This document shows positions 38,446 to 48,237 of a stretch of 64,000 bases of DNA, piece by piece (position 1 is the first letter of the stretch; every line of letters begins with the position of its first letter). The notes under the pieces are model-generated. The model worked only from the letters and a program-made list of their open reading frames with translations. It ran no database searches and was not told the DNA's origin. Source of the DNA: Kosmotogaceae bacterium (GTDB lineage: Bacteria; Thermotogota; Thermotogae; Petrotogales; Kosmotogaceae); the NCBI GenBank assembly GCA_016933635.1, contig JAFGAP010000034.1, positions 32,505-96,504 of the forward strand. Direction: 5' to 3'. A program made the position numbers and the translations under genes.

Positions 38446-39939
38446 TTAACCTCCAAGCGCCAGTGTCAATAACTGCTCTGTAGATGAATCTTTACCTTCA
38501 AGTTCGGCAACAATTGTTCCTTTTCTTATCACAAGTATTCGGTCGCATATCGCACTCATCTCTCGGAATTCAGATGACATTATCAAGATTCCTGTACCCC
38601 GATCGGCAAGGTAGTTGATCAGAGAATAGATCTCTGTCTTAGCACCGATATCAATTCCGCGAGTCGGTTCATCAAGTATCAAGATATCTGGTTCACCGCA
38701 AAGCCATTTTCCAATGACAACTTTCTGCTGGTTTCCGCCAGAGAGATTCTGAACGGCCATTTTTATGTCCAAAGGTCTTACCTTCAGCTTTTCTGAAGTC
38801 TCCTTTGCGATTTCCGATTTCTTTTTGCTCGAAATTATTCCGTTCTTAATGGCGAGATCTATGTTTGCAACACAGATGTTATGTTCGACGTTAAGCCTAA
38901 GAAATAGGCCTTGTTCCTTTCTATCTTCTGGAATAAAAGAGATACCGTGTCTTTTCGCATCATCGGGCGAGTTCAATCTCACTTCTCTGCCACCGATGGA
39001 GATCTTTCCCTTTAAAGCCCTGTCTGCTCCGAACAAACCGAGGGCAAGTTCACTCTTTCCAGAACCGATTATTCCCGTGATTCCAAGGATCTCTCCTTTT
39101 TTCAAGCTAAAACTGATTGGGGCAAGCATTTTGTCGGTCTTGAACTCCTTAATTCCCAATAGTGTTTCTTCAGATGATCTTCCCTCTCGAACCGGAAACT
39201 CTTCTTTCAGTGTTCTTCCAAGCATTGATTTTACCAACGTCTTCAGATCCACCTTATCAATTTCGAAAGTTCCGGCGTTTTGACCGTCTCTCAGCACAGT
39301 GGCTCTGTCGCACACTCTAAAGACTTCATCAAGATGATGCGAGATATAGATCATGTTCACTTTCTTTATCTTGAGATCATCCATAATTTCAAAGAGAGTA
39401 TCGATTTCCGCCCTACTCATGCCGGTTGTAGGTTCATCGAGAAGAAGGATATTGGCGTTTATCGATAGTGCCTTTATTATTTCCACTATCCTTTTCTGTC
39501 CAAGACCGAGGTCTCCGACAAGTGTGTTAGGATCTATTTTGATCCCAAAGGATAATAGGTACTCCGCAGCCCTCCGAATGAGTTCTTTCTTTCTTACGGT
39601 GCCAAAGAAAGATGTGGAAGGTTCGTGACCCAGGAAAATATTCTCGGCGACAGTAAGTGAGTCTACGAGGCTGAGTTCTTGATATATTGCGCCTATTCCT
39701 TTGTGTCTTGCGTCTACGGGGTCTTCGATGGTTACTGTTTTTCCTCGGACCTGAATAATCCCCGAATCCATTTTGTGAACTCCGGTAAGGATCTTTATCA
39801 GTGTAGATTTTCCAGCTCCGTTTTCGCCGAGGAGCGCATGTACTTCACCTTCACTCAGCTCGAAGCTGACGTCCTTCAGAGCGTGGATTCCACCGAAAGA
39901 TTTGTGGATTCCTTCCAGTTTCAGCGCAATATCGGGCAT
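38446..39939 (-). CDS. rbsA: ribose-type ABC ATP-binding protein
   Basis: GENGAGKST, LSGGNQQK, DEPTRGIDIG; context. Confidence 0.82.
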   Translation of the reverse strand: MPDIALKLEGIHKSFGGIHALKDVSFELSEGEVHALLGENGAGKSTLIKILTGVHKMDSGIIQVRGKTVTIEDPVDARHKGIGAIYQELSLVDSLTVAENIFLGHEPSTSFFGTVRKKELIRRAAEYLLSFGIKIDPNTLVGDLGLGQKRIVEIIKALSINANILLLDEPTTGMSRAEIDTLFEIMDDLKIKKVNMIYISHHLDEVFRVCDRATVLRDGQNAGTFEIDKVDLKTLVKSMLGRTLKEEFPVREGRSSEETLLGIKEFKTDKMLAPISFSLKKGEILGITGIIGSGKSELALGLFGADRALKGKISIGGREVRLNSPDDAKRHGISFIPEDRKEQGLFLRLNVEHNICVANIDLAIKNGIISSKKKSEIAKETSEKLKVRPLDIKMAVQNLSGGNQQKVVIGKWLCGEPDILILDEPTRGIDIGAKTEIYSLINYLADRGTGILIMSSEFREMSAICDRILVIRKGTIVAELEGKDSSTEQLLTLALGG

Positions 39940-39942
39940 CTG

Positions 39943-40890
39943 TTACACCTGCCTGCTTAGTAAATTCTCGACGCTTTTCGGAGCAGGGATCGAAGTTTGA
40001 GCGCCGGAGATCGTAGTGCTTAGTGCTCCTGCCGCATTCGCCCACTCTAGAGATTCCTTAAGATTCATACCCTTTGATAAAGCTGCTGCCAGAGCTCCCG
40101 AAAAGACATCCCCCGCCGCAGTTGTGTCTACACAGTCAATTTCGAAGGGCTTCAAGTCTATGAAGCTATCGCCATCGGTTCCAACAACGCCTTTTTCGCC
40201 AAGAGTTATTATTGGCAGATTGAAGCCCATTGAACTTAGTCTTTGGAGGGCAATCCGCGCAGATTCTCTGTCGTGAACATCTATGCCTGTCAGAATCCTC
40301 GCTTCGGATTCATTAGGCTTTATTAGATTGATCAAAGGTGCGATGGAATCGGGGAACCCATTTCTAGGAGCAGGTGCGGGATCGACGATCGTAAACATTC
40401 CATTTTCATGGGCCAGTTTGATTGCCCTGAAGATTGTCTCCTGTGCTATTTCCATTGTCAACAAAAGAACGCGTCCCCGTTTGAAGAGATCTGAGTTTCT
40501 CTCCACGTCTTCAGGAGAGAGCTGTGCATTACTACCGGGGGTAAAAGAAATCGAGTTTTGCCCATTCTTGTCAACTCTTATCATTGCAATACCCGCTGTG
40601 CTTTCGGGATCCCTAAGTATTCTGGAAGTGTCCACCCCTTTTTCCTTCATCATCTGTATCAGTTCTTCACTGAATCCGTCACCACCAAGTTTCGTAAACA
40701 TCTGAACTCTCGCGCCACCGATTGCCGCCGCAACTGCCTGATTTCCTCCCTTTCCTCCCGGGTAGGTACTGAAGTTGTCAGTAAGAACAGTCTCGCCGGG
40801 CTCAGGAAGGCTATCCATTACCATCACCAGATCCATGTTCATGCTGCCCATGCAAAGAATCTCTCCGTTGAACCCGTAATCAATCATCAT
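39943..40890 (-). CDS. rbsK: ribokinase
   Basis: GSMNMD, GGKGGNQAVA, PNESEA, DTTAAGDVF. Confidence 0.88.
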   Translation of the reverse strand: MMIDYGFNGEILCMGSMNMDLVMVMDSLPEPGETVLTDNFSTYPGGKGGNQAVAAAIGGARVQMFTKLGGDGFSEELIQMMKEKGVDTSRILRDPESTAGIAMIRVDKNGQNSISFTPGSNAQLSPEDVERNSDLFKRGRVLLLTMEIAQETIFRAIKLAHENGMFTIVDPAPAPRNGFPDSIAPLINLIKPNESEARILTGIDVHDRESARIALQRLSSMGFNLPIITLGEKGVVGTDGDSFIDLKPFEIDCVDTTAAGDVFSGALAAALSKGMNLKESLEWANAAGALSTTISGAQTSIPAPKSVENLLSRQV

Positions 40891-41728
40891 AGCCCCCCTC
40901 TCTAAGGGATTCAACAGTTTTCATAAAGCTTCTAACATTGTTTGGATCAACGGGATTCTTCCAGTTATTGTCTCTCTTGAAGTAGCTTCCGACAATTGCT
41001 CCATCGGCAAACCTGAGAAGTTCACCTGCATTTTCTTTTGTCAAACCACTTCCAATTATCACCGGAATCTTTACTGCTACACTGAAACTCCTTACTTTTT
41101 CTGCGTTAGGTGCCTGCCCGGTCTCAAATCCCGTAACTATTAAAATCTCTGCTCCTTCCGATTCGGCGTCATGAGCCTGCTCCTCAACACTTCTGTCCGA
41201 AATAATGAAATGACTTCCATGTTTCACATTCACATCACACATGAACTTAACCTCTTCTGCGCCAATAAGCTTTCTGTATCTAGAAAGCTCTGCCCCGATA
41301 CCTTCCGTCAACCCCGCGTGAGAAACATACGCATTTACCCATTCAAAGATTCTTATCCATTTCGCGCCTCCGGCAACTGCAGCTGCGAGTGCTGCCTTTC
41401 CACCATTTAGATGACAGTTCACACCCAAAGGTATATTGACGGCTTCTCTTACACTTTGAGTGGCGACTGCCAGGGCAGCGGAAGTCTCGTGACCGATCCT
41501 CTCTCCTTTGAGATACGGAAAATCCCAGATGTTTTCAATTTGAAGTCCATCAACGCCACATCCCTCCATAATTCTCGCTTCTTCAACAGCGATTCTGAGA
41601 ATTTCCTTCATGCCCATATTTTCTGGATCGTATCTCGGTGAACCTGGAAGGGGACGCAAGTGTATCATCCCAATAATCGGTTTGTCTTTTTTAAATATGC
41701 TGCACAGGATTTCCCTGTTTTTTTTCAC
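40880..41728 (-). CDS. BtpA/SgcQ family protein
   Basis: IGMIHLRPLPGSP, ENIWDFP, DVNVKH, VTGFETG, GSG, IVGSYFK. Confidence 0.9.
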   Translation of the reverse strand: MKKNREILCSIFKKDKPIIGMIHLRPLPGSPRYDPENMGMKEILRIAVEEARIMEGCGVDGLQIENIWDFPYLKGERIGHETSAALAVATQSVREAVNIPLGVNCHLNGGKAALAAAVAGGAKWIRIFEWVNAYVSHAGLTEGIGAELSRYRKLIGAEEVKFMCDVNVKHGSHFIISDRSVEEQAHDAESEGAEILIVTGFETGQAPNAEKVRSFSVAVKIPVIIGSGLTKENAGELLRFADGAIVGSYFKRDNNWKNPVDPNNVRSFMKTVESLREGGYDD

Positions 41729-41795
41729 ATAACCACCTCTTTTTCTTATGGCGCAGATGAAAGCATGAAACTTGAATTGAGTATTTTGCCGAAAT

Positions 41796-42242
41796 TTAGA
41801 AATCGACTCCGGAAACCAGGATTATGTTTGCATACGGTGTAAACTCCCCAGTCTTAACGAAGACTTTTACCTCTTTGCCCTGGAGACCTCCATTCAAAAC
41901 GAGATCCTTGAACTCCGGATGGGGAATGTTCTCTTCTATAATGTCGTTGCCCTTGTTTTTCACTTTAGAAACTATCTCCTCCAGCTGAGAATAGATCTCG
42001 GGGCTTACAGACTTTGTCTCATCAGCAATGATAACCTTTTCAATCTCAAGCTCTTCAAGAACGACTTTAACAACATCCACGAATCTTGGTAGATTCCTTC
42101 CTACTGACACGTCAATGCATACAGTGTTCTTATGCCTTGGAAAGGGAAAACCTCTATCCGTTATTACCAGCATGTCACCGTGCCCGAGCCTCGCGACTTC
42201 TCTCGAAAGATCGTTGTGAAGAATGCCTTTTGTTTTCATCAT
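41796..42242 (-). CDS. rbsD: D-ribose pyranase
   Basis: LGHGDMLVITDRGFP, H.EFK, TGEFTPYANIILVSGVDF. Confidence 0.9.
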   Translation of the reverse strand: MMKTKGILHNDLSREVARLGHGDMLVITDRGFPFPRHKNTVCIDVSVGRNLPRFVDVVKVVLEELEIEKVIIADETKSVSPEIYSQLEEIVSKVKNKGNDIIEENIPHPEFKDLVLNGGLQGKEVKVFVKTGEFTPYANIILVSGVDF

Positions 42243-42260
42243 TTCACCTCCAAAGATTTG

Positions 42261-43274
42261 TCAAACTTCCGTTGATTCTCTTACAACAAGATGTGAATCC
42301 AGCTCAATCTTTCTTGTGTTGACGAATTCTCCATTTTGCTTCCTAATAATCTTTTCCAGAAGCAGTTTCATCGCTGTCCGTCCAGCTTCGTACTTAGGTT
42401 GATCGACTGTGGTCATCGCTGGAATTACCAGAGATGAATACAGAACATTGTCGAAGCCAGCTATGGCGATATCTTCAGGGATTTTCAAACCATGTTGTTT
42501 TGCCGCCTCGATTGCTCCCCACGCCATCATGTCGTTTCCAGCGAAAACGGCAGTAGGCCTTATCTTAAGCTTCAAAATGTATTGCTTCATTATCTTGAAT
42601 CCATCTTCGTACTTGAATCCACCGAAATAAATCTTCAGATTTTTGCCATTAATACCGTTCTTTTCCAGTTCGCTGCAAAAGCCTTGAAGTCTCCTGACAG
42701 CGCTTGGAACATCTTTAGGACCAGATATGCAAGCAAATCTCTTATGCCCCTTGTCCAGCAAGTGCCTAGCCAGTTGAGCAGAGCCCTTGAAATTGTTCGT
42801 ATATACTACATCAATTAGTGGGTTTTCTATCTTGAGGTGCCTATCGAGGATCACCATAGGCATTCCATTGGAGAGATCGGCTAGAAGCTCCTCATCCATT
42901 CTCGGTGCCACATTTATGACTCCATCTACTCCATGTCCAAGAAAAGAAACCAAGGTTTCTTCCTCTCTGTAGTTTCTTCCATCACTGTTACAAAGGAACA
43001 TCTGATAGTCGTGTTCGAGAGCTATACTCTCTACTCCCCTGGCAATCTCAGCGAAATAAGGGTTTGTTATATCTGGGACCAAGAGACCGACGAGAAAGGA
43101 CTTTCTGATTTTAAGGCTTCTCGCTATTTTGCTTGGCCTGTACTGCAAAGCTTCTATAGAATCCAGAACGACTCTCTTCAGATCTGGACTGACGTACTTT
43201 TTGCCAGAAATAACGTTTGATACTGTGGCGACCGACACTCCTGCTCGCCTAGCAACATCTTTCATGTTTGCCAT
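42261..43274 (-). CDS. LacI family transcriptional regulator (RbsR-like)
   Basis: MKDVARRAGVSVATVS HTH, NPYF, NDMMAWG, GFDN, TTVDQP. Confidence 0.93.
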   Translation of the reverse strand: MANMKDVARRAGVSVATVSNVISGKKYVSPDLKRVVLDSIEALQYRPSKIARSLKIRKSFLVGLLVPDITNPYFAEIARGVESIALEHDYQMFLCNSDGRNYREEETLVSFLGHGVDGVINVAPRMDEELLADLSNGMPMVILDRHLKIENPLIDVVYTNNFKGSAQLARHLLDKGHKRFACISGPKDVPSAVRRLQGFCSELEKNGINGKNLKIYFGGFKYEDGFKIMKQYILKLKIRPTAVFAGNDMMAWGAIEAAKQHGLKIPEDIAIAGFDNVLYSSLVIPAMTTVDQPKYEAGRTAMKLLLEKIIRKQNGEFVNTRKIELDSHLVVRESTEV

Positions 43275-43300
43275 TCAAACCGATCCCTTCTCATGCGCCA

Positions 43301-43328
43301 GTTAAACGTTTAGTTAATCGTTTAACTA
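43301..43328. promoter_or_regulatory. probable LacI-family operators (two adjacent)
   Basis: TAAACGTTTA palindrome and TAGTTAATCGTTTAACTA near-palindrome, both CG-centred, just downstream of candidate minus-strand promoter TTGGCA-N16-TAAACT (43357-43330). Confidence 0.72.
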
Positions 43329-43642
43329 GAGTTTATCATCATTCTCTTAATTGCCAAAACTCAGTTTTCTGCGAAAGAAACTGCTTATTTGTGCTGAAAG
43401 ACAATTAAGTGTGTTTATCTCGCCCAAACGCATCCATTTCTGGAGTTGCATAGTTAACTTAATGAATTTATCCTTCATAAGGATTAAAGCGAAACATTTC
43501 GGAACAAGAAAGTTCGGATTTCTTTTCCTGTTAAAGATTAGTGAATGATTTAGCCGATTATGCTAGAAAAATAGTGATCGTACTATAATGGATGAGATCA
43601 AGATTATGTGGTTCATACTTAAGGATTAATGGAGGTGGTTAA

Positions 43643-44086
43643 GTGAGTGATGCGAAGAGGTTATACAAGTCGAGAAAGGACAAAGTAATAGATGGTCTCG
43701 CGGGTGGGATTGCAGAGTATCTGGGGATTGATCCGGTGATTGTGAGATTGGTGTTTGTTGCTCTGGTCTTCGCAGGCGGTGCCGGATTAATCATATACAT
43801 AATCGGTATGTTCATAGTACCCAGGGCACCTATCAATAGCGAGAATAACGTTGTGATTATGGACGAAGAGGGGAAGCCGATAGAAGAGGGAAAAAAGGAA
43901 GAGTTCTCCGATAACAAGAGTAAACTGATCATCGCAGTGCTTCTTATAGTATTCGGAATAGCTCTTCTATTGGGATCATTTACTCCATGGAACATTTTCA
44001 GCGGTATCTTCTGGAAAATTGTAATAGGTGTTGTATTGATTGCAGGTGGAGGATTTGTGATCTATAAATCAATAAACAGGGGATGA
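43643..44086 (+). CDS. PspC domain-containing membrane protein
   Basis: KRLYKSRKDKVIDGLAGGIAEYLGIDPVIVRL signature; extra C-terminal TM pair. Confidence 0.9.
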   Translation: MSDAKRLYKSRKDKVIDGLAGGIAEYLGIDPVIVRLVFVALVFAGGAGLIIYIIGMFIVPRAPINSENNVVIMDEEGKPIEEGKKEEFSDNKSKLIIAVLLIVFGIALLLGSFTPWNIFSGIFWKIVIGVVLIAGGGFVIYKSINRG

Positions 44087-44090
44087 TCCT

Positions 44091-44963
44091 ATGAAGATTG
44101 CATTGGGATTGATCTTTGTCCTGGTTGGTGTTTTGTTGATCTTCGGTCTGTTCACAGGAGACACTCTTCTAAATGCTTTAGTCAATTTGGCAAATTACTG
44201 GCCGATCATTCTTGTTCTTGTAGGAATGAGCATACTTGCCAGCATAAGAGGACTCAGGTGGATCAGATACTTGAATACCATACTTATAGTAGCTTTTGTG
44301 CTGTTCGTTTTCTTCTGGCCCTCTCCATTTCTTGCCGGTGAGAAGGCCGTTAGTAATACGGTAGTATTGGAGACTTCCGATCCTGCAACGAGCATTGAAA
44401 TTCAGCTCGACCTCGCAATTTCAAACATAAGTTTGGAACCCTTGAGAGATGAAGTAGCATCTTCTACGGTTGCCGTGGTTGATTATGCCGTACGCGGTTC
44501 AAGTCTTAAAGTTGAACAGGATACAACTCAGCTGTCGCAGAGGTTCGTAATGGAACCGGAGTCGAACGTTTCATGGTTGGGAACGAGTACAGTGGTTATG
44601 AAACTTAATCCCGCTTATAACTATGTTCTGAAGTTTGGCGGGGCTGTTATGAACTGCAATTTCAATCTAGGGGAGCTTAGAATTGATGAACTTAGAATCA
44701 ACGGAGCGATTGTCAAGGCAATTGTTTTTATGTCTGAAGCGGGGTCTACGAATCTGAAAGTCAATGCCGCAATAATCAATTCGGAGATCCACATACCGGA
44801 GAATATTCGATCGATTCTTAAAGCTAGTGCGGCAATAAAGAACGTTAAAACGGATCTACCGTATACAGATAATGGAGAATTCGTATTCGAGGGTGTTTCA
44901 TTTGATTTCAGCTCTTACATCACTATGGAAAGCGCAATAATCAATTTGAAGGTCTTACGCTGA
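44091..44963 (+). CDS. LiaF/DUF5668-like membrane protein with beta-rich extracytoplasmic domain
   Basis: N-terminal TM with YWPIILVLVG; follows pspC-like gene. Confidence 0.65.
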   Translation: MKIALGLIFVLVGVLLIFGLFTGDTLLNALVNLANYWPIILVLVGMSILASIRGLRWIRYLNTILIVAFVLFVFFWPSPFLAGEKAVSNTVVLETSDPATSIEIQLDLAISNISLEPLRDEVASSTVAVVDYAVRGSSLKVEQDTTQLSQRFVMEPESNVSWLGTSTVVMKLNPAYNYVLKFGGAVMNCNFNLGELRIDELRINGAIVKAIVFMSEAGSTNLKVNAAIINSEIHIPENIRSILKASAAIKNVKTDLPYTDNGEFVFEGVSFDFSSYITMESAIINLKVLR

Positions 44964-45857
44964 AGCTATCTTTAAAGCCTTTTCACAGATCGAGATTTCC
45001 ATAGGTAAGCTTCCCACAACTTCTCCATCCATCTGAATAATTACATCTCTGTCGCTTTTCACAGAGATGTTTTTTGCGGTTTGATAGCTTACTGCATCAA
45101 CTACCAAATGATCTCCTCTATAGATCTTCGGAAAGTGGTAAAGCAGGCGCAATTTCGACATCTTAGAAACACCCACTACATCAAGATAACCGTCATCCAC
45201 CAGGGCTCTGGGTGCTATTCTCATTCCACCGCCAAAGTAATTCCCGTTGGCCATGGTCAAGAAGAAGTAGCTGCCGGAAGTCTCTTTTCCGTCAACATCG
45301 AAAGTTAAAGGATAAGTTTTCGAAGTAAAGAATTCGATCAAAAAAGAAAGCAAGTAAGCGATCTTTCCGCTTGTCTTGAATCTTGATCTATTCATTCTGT
45401 CTGTAATTGCTGCGTCAAATCCGGCTCCCACTACGTTAACCGCGTGCCGAAAAGCTTTCATACCGTTCGTGTCAATATAGGACACCTTAAGCAGGTCAAT
45501 TTTTCGAATGTTCTCACCCGCAGCTATCTTAACCATTTCTCTGTAACTGTGCTTAAGATTGACTGTTCTGGCGAGATCATTACCGGAACCCACCGCGATG
45601 ACACCTACCGAGGCATTCGATTTTCCTTCTATCATGCCATTTACGATTTCGTTTAGAGTGCCGTCTCCCCCTACACTGATTATTCGATCGTAGTTCGGGT
45701 TCTTGGAAACAAAACTTAGGGCATCTTCTGGACCAGTAGTAATGTGGATATCGTAGTCAGCTATTTCCTCTTGGAGCAATGAAGAAATGCTGTTTTCAAA
45801 ATCTCCGCCGGCTTCTCCGTGACTAGCATTTGGGTTAACTACTACGAGGGTTTTCAA
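44955..45857 (-). CDS. diacylglycerol/lipid kinase family protein (DagK/YegS)
   Basis: VNPNAS, GGDGTLNE, GSGNDLAR, YFGGG, QMDGE. Confidence 0.92.
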   Translation of the reverse strand: MKTLVVVNPNASHGEAGGDFENSISSLLQEEIADYDIHITTGPEDALSFVSKNPNYDRIISVGGDGTLNEIVNGMIEGKSNASVGVIAVGSGNDLARTVNLKHSYREMVKIAAGENIRKIDLLKVSYIDTNGMKAFRHAVNVVGAGFDAAITDRMNRSRFKTSGKIAYLLSFLIEFFTSKTYPLTFDVDGKETSGSYFFLTMANGNYFGGGMRIAPRALVDDGYLDVVGVSKMSKLRLLYHFPKIYRGDHLVVDAVSYQTAKNISVKSDRDVIIQMDGEVVGSLPMEISICEKALKIASA

Positions 45858-45905
45858 TTGTGTTACCTCCGCCTATGCTGCGATGGTTGATTTTATCACA
45901 ACTTT

Positions 45906-46682
45906 TCAAATCATGGATTCCATTTTGTGAACTATAAAGGCTGCAACATCTTCCGCGAAGGTTCCGGGCCCGAATCCAGCGTCGTATCCCAGTTCTTTGG
46001 CCAATTCATGAGTAATTCTCGCTCCACCCGCAATTAGAACGATCTTTTTTCTTATGTTTTCAGCTTCAAGAAGCTCGACAAGCGAAGTCATGTTTCTAAG
46101 ATGGACGTTTTTGGCCGTAACAGTTTGAGACACGAGAATTGCGTCCGCATCAAGTTCTATCGCCTTTGAGACTAATTCCTCATTCTGAACCTGACTGCCA
46201 AGGTTATAGGCATCGATATTCTTATAACGTTCGAGGCCAAAGTGCCCCGCAAAACCCTTCATATTCATAATTGCGTCAATACCAACTGTATGAGCGTCTG
46301 TACCAGTGCTAGCACCAACAACAACGATTCTTCTCCTTATTATATCTTCGATAAATCTGTCGATCTCCTCCATTGACATTTTCTCAAGCGAAATTTTTGG
46401 CACTCGAATTGCTGTGTAGTCAATAGCGTGATGAAACTCTCCGTAGGCGACAAAGAATGTGAATCCGATTGTTATTTCCCTTGAAAAGACGATTTGCGGG
46501 TTTTTCAACCCCATCTTGTGTATCATTTGTTTAACTGCTTCATCGGCCTCGGGGCCGGCAGGCACTGGCAAAGTGAAGCTGAGCTGAACTTTGCCGTCAT
46601 TAAGCGTGTCTCCGTATGGAATCACTCTCTTAAAGTCCATTTCAGAGGGAAATTGATTCTTCTTTTCGGAGCAATTATCCAT
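45906..46682 (-). CDS. kamE: lysine 5,6-aminomutase beta subunit (B12-binding)
   Basis: PYGDTLNDGKVQLSFTLPVP, DAHTVGIDAIMNMKG (DxHxxG plus PLP lysine). Confidence 0.95.
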   Translation of the reverse strand: MDNCSEKKNQFPSEMDFKRVIPYGDTLNDGKVQLSFTLPVPAGPEADEAVKQMIHKMGLKNPQIVFSREITIGFTFFVAYGEFHHAIDYTAIRVPKISLEKMSMEEIDRFIEDIIRRRIVVVGASTGTDAHTVGIDAIMNMKGFAGHFGLERYKNIDAYNLGSQVQNEELVSKAIELDADAILVSQTVTAKNVHLRNMTSLVELLEAENIRKKIVLIAGGARITHELAKELGYDAGFGPGTFAEDVAAFIVHKMESMI

Positions 46683-48237
46683 AAATGTGTCCTCCAAGCA
46701 TTTTCTCTATAAATGGATTTCTGTATTTTACTCCCTTTCTTACCACCCCATCCAAACCTTTTCCTCCATGTGGGGATCTCTTGATGTTTGCGAAAGTGCC
46801 TCTTTCGAGAGTTTCAAAAAGACCTATCGATTCGATCTCTCTTAGCAGTTCCAGGGCTTCCTCAAGAACAGTCGCGGCTCTGTTCTGAATTATTCCGTTA
46901 TCTTTGAAAGCTATCTCATCGCCTAGATCGCGCAGATTGTTGAAAACATATCTTGCGTTTTCAATCGCAAGGTACCTATCGCTCATGAAAGGCGTGTGAA
47001 TTGCCTCGGTAAGCATTCCCAGAAGCTGAATCCCCTGATTTGTCATTATAGATATCACATTGAATAAGGTGTCCTGGGCGTAGCCCATAAAGATATTTCC
47101 TGTCATGAACTTCGTAGGGGGCATATACTTCAAAGGTGCCTTCGGAAAGACCTCTCGACTCATTTGCGCTTGAGCAAGTTCGTATAGGAAACCGTTCTCA
47201 ATTGATGGATCCATTTCGAAGGCATGACCGAGCCCCATCTGTTCTTCGGGTACACCTGCCATGAGAGCCAGGCTTTCATTTATTAACTGAGAAGCGAGTA
47301 CTGTGTGGGCTTCTTCAAAGGCATCTGCCGTTGTGAGGTAATTGTCTTCTCCCGTATTTATTATGACACCCGCAAATCCATTTATTACTCTTGAAAAATA
47401 CTGATCTATCAGAGTTCTCTTCATGTTTATGTCTCTAAATAGAATTCCGTATAGAGCGTCGTTCAACATTACATCGAGTCTTTCGATCGCTCCCATCGCA
47501 GCTATTTCCGGCATGCACAGACCCGAGCAGTAATTGCACAGCCTTATGTACCTACCCACCTCTTTTCCGGTGTCATCAAGAGCCGACCTCATTATTCTGA
47601 AGTTCTCCTGTGTGGCGTATGTGCCTCCAAATCCTTCAGTTGTTGGCCCATAAGGTACATAATCAAGGAGACTCTGGCCCGTAGATCTGATTACAGCAAC
47701 TATGTCCGCTCCTTGTCTTGCGGCTGCTCTTGCCTGGATGACATCTTCGTAAATGTTTCCCGTTGCGACAATAACATACAGGTAGGGCTTTTTTCCCTCA
47801 CCCAGTTCATCGATCAAAGATTCACGTTTTTCACGATTTAACTGTACTTTTCTTGCAGCATCATTCACGAGTCCGTCGATGCGATCGAAAATTTCATCTT
47901 GTGATCTGTAACTCAGGCTTCTGAGATCGAGTCTTCCTAATGAGATTTCTTCCGCAATCTTTTGCGGAGAAAGTCCTGTTTCGAGAATCGCATTTCCTAT
48001 TACATAGGCAGCACCATCATTTATTAGGTTTGATGATTTGAGGTGATCTACTACGACATTTGGGATTGGAATTCCATAATCATCTACACCATCTATACCA
48101 AATAACCTGCAGATTGCCCTCTCGATACTTACTGTCGTGTGCTTTTCAACAAAGTCATGGACTCCACTGGCAATCCTTCGGGCGCAATCTCTTGCTTCTT
48201 TCACTTTGTTCATGTTCAGATTCAGCTTTCCATTCAT
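46675..48237 (-). CDS. kamD: lysine 5,6-aminomutase alpha subunit
   Basis: YVIVATGNIYED, IRSTGQSLLDYVP, NYCSGLCMPE, KYMPPTK. Confidence 0.95.
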   Translation of the reverse strand: MNGKLNLNMNKVKEARDCARRIASGVHDFVEKHTTVSIERAICRLFGIDGVDDYGIPIPNVVVDHLKSSNLINDGAAYVIGNAILETGLSPQKIAEEISLGRLDLRSLSYRSQDEIFDRIDGLVNDAARKVQLNREKRESLIDELGEGKKPYLYVIVATGNIYEDVIQARAAARQGADIVAVIRSTGQSLLDYVPYGPTTEGFGGTYATQENFRIMRSALDDTGKEVGRYIRLCNYCSGLCMPEIAAMGAIERLDVMLNDALYGILFRDINMKRTLIDQYFSRVINGFAGVIINTGEDNYLTTADAFEEAHTVLASQLINESLALMAGVPEEQMGLGHAFEMDPSIENGFLYELAQAQMSREVFPKAPLKYMPPTKFMTGNIFMGYAQDTLFNVISIMTNQGIQLLGMLTEAIHTPFMSDRYLAIENARYVFNNLRDLGDEIAFKDNGIIQNRAATVLEEALELLREIESIGLFETLERGTFANIKRSPHGGKGLDGVVRKGVKYRNPFIEKMLGGHIYG

